The notes beneath the pieces were generated by a model. It made no database searches and had not been told where the DNA came from. It saw only the letters and a program-made list of their open reading frames with translations. A DNA stretch of 63,776 nt, counting the filler, from Chiloscyllium plagiosum (Eukaryota), in NCBI RefSeq assembly GCF_004010195.1. It is 4 parts of one record of this genome, joined end to end, with 100 filler letters (N's around TTAATTAATTAA, not from the genome) between each part and the next. Parts side by side here need not be neighbours in the genome. Positions count along the whole stretch, not along the records: positions 23,160 to 50,956 come from NC_057716.1; 3 more parts are not named here. One strand, given 5' to 3'. The position numbers and the translations under genes are program-made. This document shows positions 37,682-49,680 of this stretch, piece after piece (positions within the stretch are counted from its first letter, which is position 1; each line of letters starts with the position of its first letter).

Positions 37682-38949
37682 CAGCATACTTTGAGGCCAG
37701 TCATAAGACCTCGATGACGGTGAGTTATCGTATGTTTCTCTATGTCACAGAACCAGGACATTCCATCCACAATGTACAAGTGCAATAGACAATTTGGGGT
37801 GCAAGTTCTTGACAAAGCTCAGGACACAAACCACTATGTTGAACCATGATGCAATTTTCTCGGTACAGTACTTGCTCGTTAGACTCGGGCAGCAGATGGC
37901 CAAAGAATGGTCGATGCTGAAAGCCTCAATCAGCCAGACTGAGCTATCTAGGCTGGCACAGATCATCACAGTGTTCTGTGCAGAGGCAGTGGTCGCGGAA
38001 AGGGCACTGTGATGGAAGCAAATATCACCGATCTGATTCAGGATTGTTGGAGAAATTCAGCCCAATGAATCAGAGACCACAAATGAGGATCGTGGTTAAA
38101 TTGACAAGCAGTTTATTAAACAAAGCAATATCACAGAAGAGAAGTTGTCGAGGCTGACACAGAATTGATTCTCTGCACAGATGATCACAATGCTCTTCCC
38201 CAAATGGAAGGTGCAGACGGCTTTATCTTGGGTTATAACACAAAGGTGATAATTGTAAAGCAGTTACAGGACGATCGCAAAAATTGTAAAGCGATTAAAA
38301 CAAGAATAAACTGAATGGAAACTAATCAAGTGTCTGGCAGTAGCAATTCATTTGTAATGGACACAAGCGATTTGAGCCATCTCCGTGAATGGGAGAGAAT
38401 GTTTTCTCGAGGATTCTTCATTGTATTTCCCGCCTGCACGAATATGTGTAAATGCTCATTCTCCTGGCATCCAGGTTTGTCCATTGTGCTCCTCCTGGGA
38501 GTGAAGTCTGCTGAGGCCTCTCGATCTGCCTCTTTGTTTTTGCGGTATTGGTTTCAATGGGAAATGAGCCTGCCATTAAGGTATTGGACTGCAGTGCTAA
38601 TCGGGCTTGGAGCTTACTGTGAAGGCTGTTTGGGAACTGTATTCTCTGGTCTGGGAGTAGCTTGGCCATGTTTGATTTCTTTGTTCGCCTGCTTAGCCAA
38701 GACTGGGGCACCGTGGGTGTGTTTTGTGTGTGTTAGCAGGCTTGATCTCCTTGTTTCACAGTCCTGCTTTTGAGTTTGTTTGTTGTCATGCTGTGTGTGG
38801 GCAAGGCGGCAGATATTTCTCCAACAAGGATATACCCAGTGATGATTGCAATCAAGTCCCTCAAACAATAGGTGGTGCACCGAGAGAGTCTGCAACATCC
38901 TCCTACAAGGAGGTTGATTGTAAGTGTATGATGATCGCCAGCAAGTTGC
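37682..38949 (-). pseudogene. GPR139/GPR142-like GPCR pseudogene (main exon), split by a solo LTR and 3'-truncated
   Basis: Acceptor TTTCCCACAG then NLLAII..., CRLSRCTTYCL and DLIAIITG. After removing the LTR: ILNQIGDICF..., ASLDSSVWLIEAFSIDHSLAICCPSLTSKYCTEKIA and PWFC. This is the TM1-ECL2 pattern of GPR139-like receptors. Confidence 0.82.
38045..38826 (-). mobile_element. solo LTR (782 bp)
   Basis: TG...CA ends with perfect 12-bp inverted termini TGTTGGAGAAAT/ATTTCTCCAACA; 5-bp TSD AGGAT at 38040-38044 and 38827-38831; minus-strand AATAAA at ~38112-38117. Confidence 0.9.
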
Positions 38950-40042
38950 CTGTGGGAAATTGCAAAGTATTATCCAACTGACTTAAATTATCACGACATA
39001 ATCTTTAAGTGTTAAAAATATCAGATCGTCAATAATTTCCTTCGATATTATCACTAAAGCTGCGCGTAAAAATGTCGACCTCAGTGGTAGTGGAGATTAT
39101 TTCATATTACACCGAAATCATTAGACTGTAATTTCCAGCATTGGCATAGAATGTAATCATGAGCAGTTTACATGATTAATATTCAGTCTTTGCAATATAT
39201 ATTCTAATCAAATGTAACTGATCTTACAAACACTTGTTCTATAATTGCTCAAAACGGCAGATCGAATATAATCTTGCTGCGTATTGCAAATGGGCGCAAT
39301 TAAGTACAATTCAGTATTTTCTAGATGTGTAATGGAACTACACCACTGTAATACCTGGCCAACATCTTTCTCTCAGGCTTGCTGCAGTGCCCAAGCGAAA
39401 TCCAGCGCAGGTTGGATTAATAGGAAGGGTTTGGAGGGATATGGGCCAGGGGCTGGTAGGTGGGACTAGATTGGGTTGGGATATCTGGTCGGCCTGGACG
39501 GGTTGGACTGAAGGGTCTATTACCATACTGTACATTTCTATAACTGTATGGCTCTAAGAGCACATTTTCTGCTTGTGGATCCTGCAGCACTTGAGACTAC
39601 TCATCAAGTTCAGTGATGTTAGGGCATGAACTCTGCTATGTACGAGTCCTCTACCTCACACGCCAGGGTTTGTTATCACATACTTAGCCATTGTATTATT
39701 CCTTTCATTAGTCACCAACAATCTCTACTCACAGCTACTTTGTGAAATGGAAATAAACAGTAAATTACAAAGGTATTTAAAGATGATAGGACGACAAAAT
39801 ATGCATAAATGTATCACATATTAATTTATGAAGTCTATTTTTGTGTATTTGAAAAAGAAGCCTAATTTCTCGGTTTTTTTTCTGACATGTTCTGGTTGAG
39901 TGCTGTTTTTCCGATTTCATTGATGATTTTGTGATCATCATTCTTGGGTTTTCATTATTGTCTCGGTTTATTACTCAGGGACCTCCCTCGCATGGACAGC
40001 AGTTGGAAATCTCAAGATACATTTTTGTATTTACAGCAACCT

Positions 40043-40619
40043 CGGTTCCAACGCCCAGAAATGCAATGCGTTGTTGGAGAGAAGAACCAGAGCGACATAT
40101 AAAGGAAACACTTTGTTTCCTTTGTACAAAATAGCAAAGAACCTGTCTTGAAAATCTGACGACATTTCTCCCGTTCCAGGCCTGTAAGCTTTTATGAAAT
40201 ATCTTACAATGTCACAGAATGCTGAACGCAGCAGAACACAGTTCTCACAGTAGCTATCGAGAAACTGCAGTTCAATGTAATATTTTGTCCTTCTAAGACT
40301 GTGATTTCGTGTTGATCCTGGAATGCTGAGTCTTTGCCATTGGTACCTTCAACAAATCAAAAATTATTAATTGTCCGAGAGAGACCATATCTTGTGGAGC
40401 AGACACTGAACGTTTAAACATATTTACAAATCATGCAACACCAGGTTATTGTCGAACAAGGTAATTTGGAAGTACAAGCTTGGACTATCTATTGGTGTTG
40501 TGTCATTTTGAGCTCTGTCCATCCCCGTCAGAGACCGGCATGATCCACATCATTTAAACATATACACACCACGCAGCACGACCAATGTTATCAGCTTTTT
40601 CAGTTGGCAGAAGAGTCAT
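40043..40619 (-). pseudogene. T-cell receptor alpha/delta-type V pseudogene (putative leader 40570-40619, V exon 40043-40346)
   Basis: GTNGKDSAFQDQHEITVLEGQNITLNCSFS...TVFCCVQH [frameshift] RYFIKAY...DFQDRFFAILYKGNKVFPLYV...LSNNALHFWALEP. This is a V-set layout with Trp41 and Cys104 lost; only a nonamer-like ACAAAAATG remains of the RSS. Confidence 0.75.
40424..40552. mobile_element. Penelope-derived family B mini-element in the V leader intron
   Basis: Family B termini; 11-bp TSD TTTAAACATAT at 40413-40423 and 40553-40563. Confidence 0.7.
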
Positions 40620-41635
40620 GTCTCGTAATTTCTCCGTGCAAATATAAATTCCTGCTATTTCATTACATGACACAATGTTGCACACACGAGGAAGGCTGCA
40701 TTAAAACAGCGGAACTGGACAGAGTGCTTCGTCTCCAAAGAGCAGAATGTGGAGTGAAAGACAAGAACCATGTGAAGAAACAGCACGATTTGGCAATGAA
40801 GGGACATGGAGGCACACGTGATGTGAGATAGAACAATGAAAAAAGATAAACGGAGGGATAGAGGCACTAACATCAAACTGTAATATGAAACAATGGTTAA
40901 TATAAAAGGCCAGTCAGACCTAAAGCAAAGTGGAGAAAGGGACTGCAAAAAGAGAGGAGAGAAAAATAGAAATACAGATATCCAAGGAAGAAGACAAATA
41001 AATATGTAAATAAAGAGTGGATTACCATCTGGAATAGAAAACACTGAGGGAGAGGAACAGCGAGAGATAGAGAACAAATACAAGACATAGACGTGGAGAA
41101 CTTTGTGAAGAGGGACAGATAAATAAATGGATATTAATTAAGATAATGAAAGATAATGAGACAGAAAGTGGAGAAAGAAAGATACGAGGCAAGACGAGGC
41201 AAGAAAAGAAACAGAAAGAAATCGCGCAGTGGAGTAAAAAAAAGGAATGCAGCATTCAACGGGAGAGAATGATTTAAACACACAGATTAAAGGAGACTGA
41301 GAGTGACCGACAGAGTTGGGTGGAGAGATGCGGAAACATAAAGACAGAGAGAAAGACAATGATAGAGAGAGAAAAAGATAACAAAACTTGAAAGTGAGAT
41401 TGCTTTTAATCGCATTTAAGGAGATAATACAACATTGCAATGGATAAACGCAGAGAGAAAGGACGTGAGAAACCGACGTCTAGAAATAAATTGAACAAAG
41501 AGGACAGGGGAGAGCGAACGCAAAAAGAGATCATGAAGATGTAGTAAAGGAGAGGAGAAGATTTAGAAAGGATGTCTGAAAAAGAAATGTAGGCAGAAAT
41601 AAGCTAGACATGAATAGAGACAGTTGTAAACGAGA

Positions 41636-41709
41636 AGGCGGGAATTGAACCCGGGTCTCTGGCGCTGCGAGGCAGCAGTGCTAACCACTGTGCCACCGTG
41701 CCGCCCACC
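41636..41709 (-). mobile_element. HE1/V-SINE tRNA head fragment flanked by a 100-bp direct repeat
   Basis: A-box TGGCACAGTGG and B-box GGTTCAATTCC; flanks 41536-41635 and 41710-41809 differ at one base. Confidence 0.85.
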
Positions 41710-42143
41710 AAGATGTAGTAAAGGAGAGGAGAAGATTTAGAAAGGATGTCTGAAAACGAAATGTAGGCAGAAATAAGCTAGACATGAATAGAGACAGTTG
41801 TAAACGAGATGGAACAATCTGCAAATGGACAGAAATATAATTGAAGTAACAAGACGTTTAGGAGAGAAGAGGGAATAATTGGTGAAAGATGGAGTGAAGC
41901 AAATGGAAACTTGTTGAGGAAACAAGGAACAGGTTGAACATGTTTCAAGATCCAACATTTGGATAGTTCCACATCCATTTCGCTGATTTGGGAGAATAAT
42001 TTCAACATTGTTATACACAGGGATACCAGCGATGCTTTCTGTTTTGCACGTTCCAGAACAGTTGCTCTAATGGGGAGCAAGGACTAATTTCAACAGCAGC
42101 AGAATTATGTTTCAATATCATGCCATTTCACCGTCACTTTTTC

Positions 42144-42151
42144 TGACGTCA
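42144..42151 (+). promoter_or_regulatory. CRE palindrome in putative V-gene promoter
   Basis: TGACGTCA about 210 bp upstream of the V leader; CRE-like motifs are known in TCR V promoters. Confidence 0.5.
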
Positions 42152-42358
42152 CCATTTTCAGAACAGAGGCGTATTGAGCAGATTCTTTTTGTGCAAAAAC
42201 AATGATTTTGCCACTTTATTAGATGTTACCTTGTGTGCTTGTCCAGAACAAATCAATCAGCGGGGAGACCGATATCAGGCATCATCTCATCTCTTGACAA
42301 ATACCCATTTCAGAAAAAAACAATTTCTGTTCAGATCCACCATTATTTCTCTGTAAAT

Positions 42359-43166
42359 ATGTTTGGGTTTACTTTGTTGTTACCGCTGCAGCTATCTTAA
42401 CTGGTAAATTGAAAAGATGTTTGTTGTTTCAGCTCACAAATGTCTCATTTGTTACATTTAGTCAGAGCACAGAAATGTCCAGATACTGCTGTGAAGTGAC
42501 CAAAAGAGTTGGATCCTTCCTGAACTTGTTAAAACAAATGACTTGTATCAGCTGTAAGTTTTAGTCGATCGGCTCATGGACTGAGACCAGCACATTGAAT
42601 TAAAATTTTGATTTGGTTAGCGCTGAACAAGTTAATCTATTTATGTTCCAATATTTGTCTCATTGGAGAACTTGTCGCCACAGAACCCACTGAGAGTATA
42701 TTAAAGCAAATTAAATTGTTCGTTGTAGATCATGTTTTCTTTCATATGTTTCTGTATAATTTTCTGAGTTAATTCTCAATGTACGTGTGGAAGTTATCCC
42801 ATTGGTTCTGGGAGGGAAAGGCGCAATAACATGCTGTTGTTTAACTTAATATCTTTATGTGCTTTTACAGGGAATCTTCGAGGAGACGCTGCTTCACAAT
42901 CATCAGGTGATTGAACGAAATTGTGTTCAGTTTTTCTGTAATTACAGAATGACAATCAGCAGTGTTTGCTACCTGTTCTGCCACCATCCATATCCAAGTG
43001 GATCCGTCGAGGATTTGATACAGAGGAACATACACAGTGGGAAGACAGAAGGATTCCCAGAGATACGTTTTCCAGCAAAGCTCAATGAATCCTTTCGGAG
43101 CGTTCCTCTAAAAGTTACTAAAATCCAGTGGACAGACTCTGCCATGTATTATTATTCACTGAGACC
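42359..43166 (+). pseudogene. T-cell receptor alpha/delta-type V pseudogene (leader ending at 42403, V exon from 42871)
   Basis: Leader remnant VWVYFVVTAAAILTG|GTAAAT with an out-of-frame ATG; acceptor CTTTTACAG. V exon reads ...VQFFCNY...YLFCHH...RFPAKLNESFRSVPLKVTKIQWTDSAMYYYSLRP, with Trp41>Cys and Cys104>Tyr. Confidence 0.85.
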
Positions 43167-43205
43167 CACACAGCCACAGAACTGGAGTGAACTTGTACAA
43201 TTCCT
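43167..43205 (+). other. degenerate 23-bp-spacer recombination signal sequence
   Basis: CACACAG (43167-43173), a 23-bp spacer, then ACAATTCCT (43197-43205), directly after the V exon. Confidence 0.7.
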
Positions 43206-46200
43206 GCCAGAGTATCGAGCGACACTTCAGTGCACGAACGAGTTGAATGTTGGCATGAAGTCGATTTTCAGTGAGGCCCTCATGAGCATCTCATTCACAA
43301 TGATCTCATGAACCCCTATTTCTGATCGCTATACTGTTTAATTATGCATTAATATTCATTTAAATATTACTAATTTTTAAAGTAACAAGGTATGCACATT
43401 CAATCCTCATTGTAAACAAAGAACAATGGGGGACCAGCTGCTATTTATGTAAGAAAACGTTGGAGAGAAACATACAGACAGTTTGGGGTAATCAGTAAAG
43501 TGACCACTTCCACCAGCTAAACTGATATAAGATCAAAATGAATGGCTGTGAAGCAGATCTATCGTTTATTGAGCAGATTAGAATGTCAGAATAAAAATCT
43601 GAAAGCAGTGAATGCAAAGTTCAATGAAACAGTCGAATGTGCAGCAGAAGTAGGCCTTAGGTCCATCTTTTCTGCTCCGGTATTCAAATAAAATTATGGT
43701 TTATCTCAAAATCCGCAACTCCACTTTCATGTCTGTTCCCCATAACCCTTGAATCCTTACTGAGTACAAATCTCTGCATCTCAGCCTTGAGTGTATGAGC
43801 GACACGCCATGACAGACCTTTGCAGTAGTTAATTCGACCTGAGAGAATACGTGTCCCCTCATCTCTGATCTCGGTGGCTGACCATTTACTCTGAGATTGG
43901 GAGGTCCTCGACTCACCCAAAAGATAAAAGAACCTACTGCTTCTCGCCTGTCAAGCACACAAAGAAATTATTTTTAGTGTTTCAATGAAATCGCTTCTCA
44001 TTCTTCTGAACCGCGATGAGTTAAGATCTGATCCGTATCTTCTCATAAACCATCCCAGAGACCTACCTGGTGGAAACTCTCTGGTCTGCTACAAATGCCA
44101 ACATGTCTTTCTTTAGGTATAGAGATCAAAACTGCTTATGATATTCCAGCTATTGTCAGGCATTTGTCTTTTAATGCTTAATGAAATCCTCCTTATTTCC
44201 ATACTCATATCCCTTTGATATGAAGATTCACAGTTCATAGTCCATCCCTATTACCTGCTGAACGTGGATGATTTTGTATTGAAGAAGGGCTATCACATCT
44301 CTCTGTGCTAGAAGTTTCCGTAGGCGTTTCCATTGACCTAGTTTTCCACGCCCCAAATCCAATTCATCTGAGTATCGACATATTCTGGAAATTGATGCTC
44401 AAAGCTTTAACTTTGGGATCAGTATCATCGCAACTCATGCCCCCTACAGTTATTAGAATCTACTAACCTGATACGGTGTTGTGATCAATTTTCCGAACAG
44501 GGAAGTGTTTTCAGCATGTCCCACGAGGAACTGTGGTCACATACTTCCTGTTACCCGAAAATCCAAAAGGTTGAGTGATTCAGGATGTCCACTTCCTGCC
44601 ACAAATGAGAAATTCTGAACTTAATCTGATATCCAAGCCTGAGTTGGGTTGTTGCCCCTCAGATGTCCATACATTAAGCTGTCACAATGATCTCTGCTTT
44701 AACCTGCTATTCATGACGACTTGAGACAGAAACCTTGAAGCATCACTGCCCTAAGCACGTCATTGAAATCCTCAGTCTTCTTCTCTCCCCCTGCCCTTAC
44801 TTTTGAAGAGATTGCGGCAGCTGTCCTTGAACTGGAAGCAAGAAGAGTGTGCGTGCGTGTGCGTGTATGTTGGTGATGGGGTGTGTGCTGGAGATGGAAG
44901 TTGTATGCCATAAATGTCACGTTTACATCACTGTGTACTTCCGCTAACGATTTGACCACGTTTGTCTCAAATCGACAGACTAAGTTGAAGCAGTTTGTGT
45001 TTTCTTGTTGCCCATTATGTTGGTTCATTCACTGGTCCTGATGTTATTTCAGTTTGCATGATATGCCATCTGAACCAGTTTGTACCTGAAGTTTGTCTGC
45101 ACAGAATCCTGAGTTAATGTATTACTACTGTAATAAGTTTTTAAAATTATGCATTCTCAATTATATCAGATCCGAGTCATGGAGCTTCTGCTACTTCGTC
45201 ACACTGCTCACGTTTTGAGACAGAAGTGATGGCGGTGGCATTGATCTGTTCCTATGAGACCACAGGGAGCTCTGTATATTATGATGATACTGATAACATC
45301 CAGACAGACAGCTCGAATGAATCCTTTTGGAATTTGATCAATTGGTACAAAACAATTTACAGGATCGTGTGCATATATTAATTGTGTGTTCAGCCTATTT
45401 AACATAGACGCATGGACTGCTCCAATGGCAATCATAGCCCAGTGAAACCGTGAGAAGAACATAGCGCACACATTGCACACACACAGACACACATGCATGC
45501 ACACACACACGCTCACAGAATAATACCAAAATAAATGCATGCACATCAAACCATGGAGTTATAGAATCAAAGAATTTTGCAGGACAGGAAAATATTCTTT
45601 GGACGATCCAAATTGTACTGGACAATAATGAGAATTTAATTATTCCGAATCTCATCTCCCACACTTAGTCAATTACCCACTGGCTCATATTTATGCGTGG
45701 CTATGTTGGTTTCGTGACTCAACTCAGTGGCACCTTATTGCCTGATGGCGTCTTGTGTCTTTCTTTGTGTTTCACCTTCATTGTCTCGTTCTGTCGAAAT
45801 CTCACTGTACGAGCGTACTCAGCCTCACTTTGGTTTGAGAGATCACAATTCAACAGATTTACCCTCGATTTCCCACGTTATTTGTTGAACTACCAGCTGC
45901 TGAATGGAATCGACTGAGCTGCACAGACAGACTGAGTAAGTATAGAGGAACAGGAATAGTTTTTTTTAAAATTGACTTTTCAACAAGATAAAATGTTGCA
46001 ACACGAAGACGTGAAGCACAGAAAAACTCAGGGTCTTCAAAGTAAGACTACTGGGAATCTGTGGATCTGTTTATCCCGAATGGAAGGTAATGTCTCAGAA
46101 TGATTGGTGCTTTGATTTAATGACAGTAAACACCTGAGCGTGTCTCAATTTACTGAGAACCAGCTCTCGATATCATGCGCTGTCAAAATTTCAACTGAAA

Positions 46201-46384
46201 CACAAAAGTAATGTGGGGGTATCGATGACCCCAAACCGCCAGTTTCTGAGGATGGAATTTTGGAATAGTTGATTTGAAATATCGGACTCCCCTGTTAGAT
46301 AAATAATCTGCAACAACGTGGCTAATCAGCATTTGGTTCGTGTCGGGAGCACATTCTACAGGTAACTTTGAACGAAATACATTT

Positions 46385-47905
46385 CATAGAACATCGAACA
46401 CAACGCAGTACAGGCCCTTCGGTCCTCGATGTTACACCGGCCACTGGAACCAATCTGTATCTCATCTAACCTACACTATTCTATTTTCAGCCATATCAAG
46501 AATGTGGTGCTGGAAAAGCACAGCAGGTCAGGCAACATCCGAGGAGCAGGAAGGGCTAATGCCCAAAAACGTCGATTCGCCTCCTCCTCGGATGCTGACT
46601 GACCTGCTGTGCTTTTCCAGCACCACACTCTGAACTTTGATATCCAGCATCTGCAGTCCTCACTTTCTACATTTTCATCTATAAAGTCTATCCAATGCTT
46701 ATTTAAACGCCCTTAAAATTGGCGAATCTACCACTGTTGCAGGCAGGTCTTTCCACGCTCCTACTGCTCTCTGAATAAAGTAGCCTCCTCTGCCATCTGT
46801 CCGATATCTATCGCCCCTCAATTTCAAGCTATGTCCATTCGTGCTCGCCATCACCATCCGACGAAAAAGGCTCTCACTGTCCACCATATCTAACCCTCTG
46901 AATTATCTTATATCTCTGAATTAAGTCACCTCTCAATCGTATTCTCTCTCACAAAAACAAGTCCCTCAGCCTTTCTGCGTAAGACCTTCCCTCTGGAACT
47001 GTCAACATCCTAATCAATCCCCGCTGAACCCTTTCCAACACTTGTGCATCTATCCCAAAACGCGGTGAGCAGATCTGGACACAATACTCCAAGATTGGCC
47101 ACACCAGAATTTTGTAGTTTTGCAACATGAATTCGTGGTTCCGAACCTCAATCCCTCGAGCAATAAAAGCTATGACACCGTATGCGTTTTTTTAACAACC
47201 CTATCAAAACCGATTGCAACTTTCTAGGGTCTGTGTGCATGGACACACAGATCTCTCTGCTCAACCACACTACCAAGAATCTTATTAATAGCCCAGCATT
47301 CTTTATTCCCGTTCCTCCTTTCAAAGTGAATGACCTCACACCTTTCCGAATTAAACCTTATTTGCCACCTCTCAGCTCACCTCTGCAGCGTAGCTATGTT
47401 CCTCTGTAACCGGCAACATCCTTCAGCACTATCCACAACTCTGTCAAACTTGCTATCATCCGTAAATTTAATAACGCATTCTTCTATGCCCTCATCCAGA
47501 TAATTTCTAAAAGTATAAATGGTGGCTCCAAAAGAGATTCTTGCGGAAGACCACGAGTAATTAAACTCCAGAATGCATATTTCCCATCACGCACCACACT
47601 CAGCCCTCTTTCAGCTGGCCAATTTCTGATATAAAAAGGTAAATCACCCTCAATACCATGCCTTCGTATTTTGTGCACTAGCGAACAGTATGGTAACTGA
47701 TATTCATATAAAGCACATCAACCACTTTATTCTCATCCACCTGTTTTGTCACCTTTTCAAATACCTCAGTAAGGTTTGAGAGGCACGAACAACCCTTCAC
47801 AAAACCGTGTTGACTACCTGTAACCATCTTACTCCTTTCTAGATGATTATAAATCCTCTGTGTTATAGTAATCTTTCCACCACTTTACCCACAACCGAAG
47901 TATAA
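46385..47905 (-). mobile_element. CR1 LINE fragment with a Penelope insertion at ~46502-46670
   Basis: NGHSLKLRGDRYRTDGRGGYFIQRAVGAW and KIRRHGIEG...GLPQES motifs. Confidence 0.82.
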
Positions 47906-48923
47906 CTCTAATTTCTTTTCAACTTCATATTTGTTTTCAAGCAATATCTTGAACTATCTTCAGTTAGCTGAAATAATTTGAAAGAAAAGCTTTGCATGAA
48001 CTGATACACAGTTATACAATATCGATAAAAGTTCAATCTTTCAGAATGCACCATTCAGTGGCACACCTGAGTTAGTTGGAATGTTTACTTATGTTAAAGA
48101 GCAAAATGACAATCAGTGACAGTCAGATATATAAATTAATTAGAGTCAAACTCTGACAGAAAAGATAGTTTCTGTCTTCCTTTATGGGAGTGCATAACTA
48201 ACCTAGTTCTGAAGAAGCGTCCTTGCACTCGAAATGCTAAGTCAGCTTTCTCTCCACAGATGCTGCCAGACATGCGAAGTTTCTTGAGTAGTTTCCTTTC
48301 GTTCAAAAATTTGTTATTGTTTAATTGAATAAAGATACAAAAACAAATTTCTGATGCAGATGCAGGGGAAATAACTTGACGATGTTGTTAAAGAGTTAAG
48401 GAATCGAATGTTTACGTTCAAGCAGGTTAAACACACGGAGTAAACAATCAATTGCATACGTCTTCCTGAGGATGCAGTTCAAACAGTCGAACTGGGCTCT
48501 TGGCCTTCTTGAGGAGCATGTTGCACTGCTGAACAACGTAAAGTGGAGACTGGAGTGGCGAGAGGCGATGACACCGAAATAACGAAAGGCACAGGTTGAG
48601 ATGATGAAGGAAGGCTGGAAGTAAGTGAGTAAGAAAATAATGAAGTGCCGGGCAATCAGAACGGAAACGTGGAAAGTGAGAAATAAATAAACAAATGTCA
48701 CTAGCACTGGACGTATCAAGTGTGGAAGCTGCAAGAGAGGCGGGAGTGTGGAAACACAGCATAAGTTTGCCTCTTGTCGAGATAATGAATTTTTAATCAT
48801 TCCACATTTTCTCAAGATCAATCAAGGTGAAATGTCAGATGTGGAGAATAGGCATTAGATCCCTTTGCTCCTGATGCTTATTTTCCATTAAGTTTCTGCA
48901 ATAAGTGTGTATGAGAGCAGTAC

Positions 48924-49680
48924 TCACTGAGCCCCTTCAGTGGAAAGAAGCAATGTGAGGATAGATTTGTCCCCTGACTGTTTAAAGCAATTGGTGAGGG
49001 TGACGAAGAGATGCCTCAGAATGCTATTTAACTCCCTTCGAAACATATTCTGATATATCGCATAAATGAAGATCTTGTTGCAGGAATTGAGCAACTGAAG
49101 TGTGTTGGTCGTCTCTTGGATGATATACTGCGGGTCTCTGAAATCCTGTCCACTGAAGTAGCTCTCAGTTTTAAGCTGCATATAGATGAAATGTCCAACG
49201 AGAGGGGCCCACAAGAGGAGGAAGCTGAACTACAGAATAATGGACCTCTTGTGATTAGCCATCTCTGGGTCTTGCTGCTTCCCAGCACCACGGAGCATTT
49301 TGTAGGCTCTGTTGGCCGCTAGGATCTGTCTTATTTTGAGGAAGTTGAGCATGAGAATGACGAAAAACGGGAAAGTCGACTGTCAGACAGACCGAGCAAT
49401 CCTGGGTGGCACAGACCAACACGATGCTGAGAGTGCCTGCAGGAGCCGTAGACAAGACCCTTTCCCGGAAATAAATGTAGCTGATTTGTTTGAAGATGGC
49501 TGCAGTGGTGATGACAAAGAAATCAGTCACTGTGATAGCTAACAGATATTCCGTGATGCACCGGGAGAGACCACACCATCCTCAATATAGCATTATGATC
49601 ACCAGCACGTTGGCTGGGAGAGATTCAAAGAGAAAGATAATACTGAGCTCACTGCAAACACCGACTGCTGCCTCATACAA
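48924..49680 (-). pseudogene. GPR139/GPR142-like GPCR pseudogene
   Basis: Exon-1 remnant AAVGVC|GTGAGC. Main exon from 49613: NVLVIIMLY*GWCGLSRCITEYLLAITVTDFFVITTAAI...ATQDCSVCLTVDF; TM7 region TNTLQLLNSCNKIFIYAIYQNMFRREL. It has an in-frame stop, frameshifts and an internal deletion. Confidence 0.85.

Noticed and set aside
38070..38105. VNLTTILICGL as TM1 of the GPCR pseudogene
   Set aside because: It lies inside the solo LTR; the real exon start is at 38949.
38315..38773. 152-aa ORF
   Set aside because: It lies entirely within the solo LTR and has no recognisable domain.
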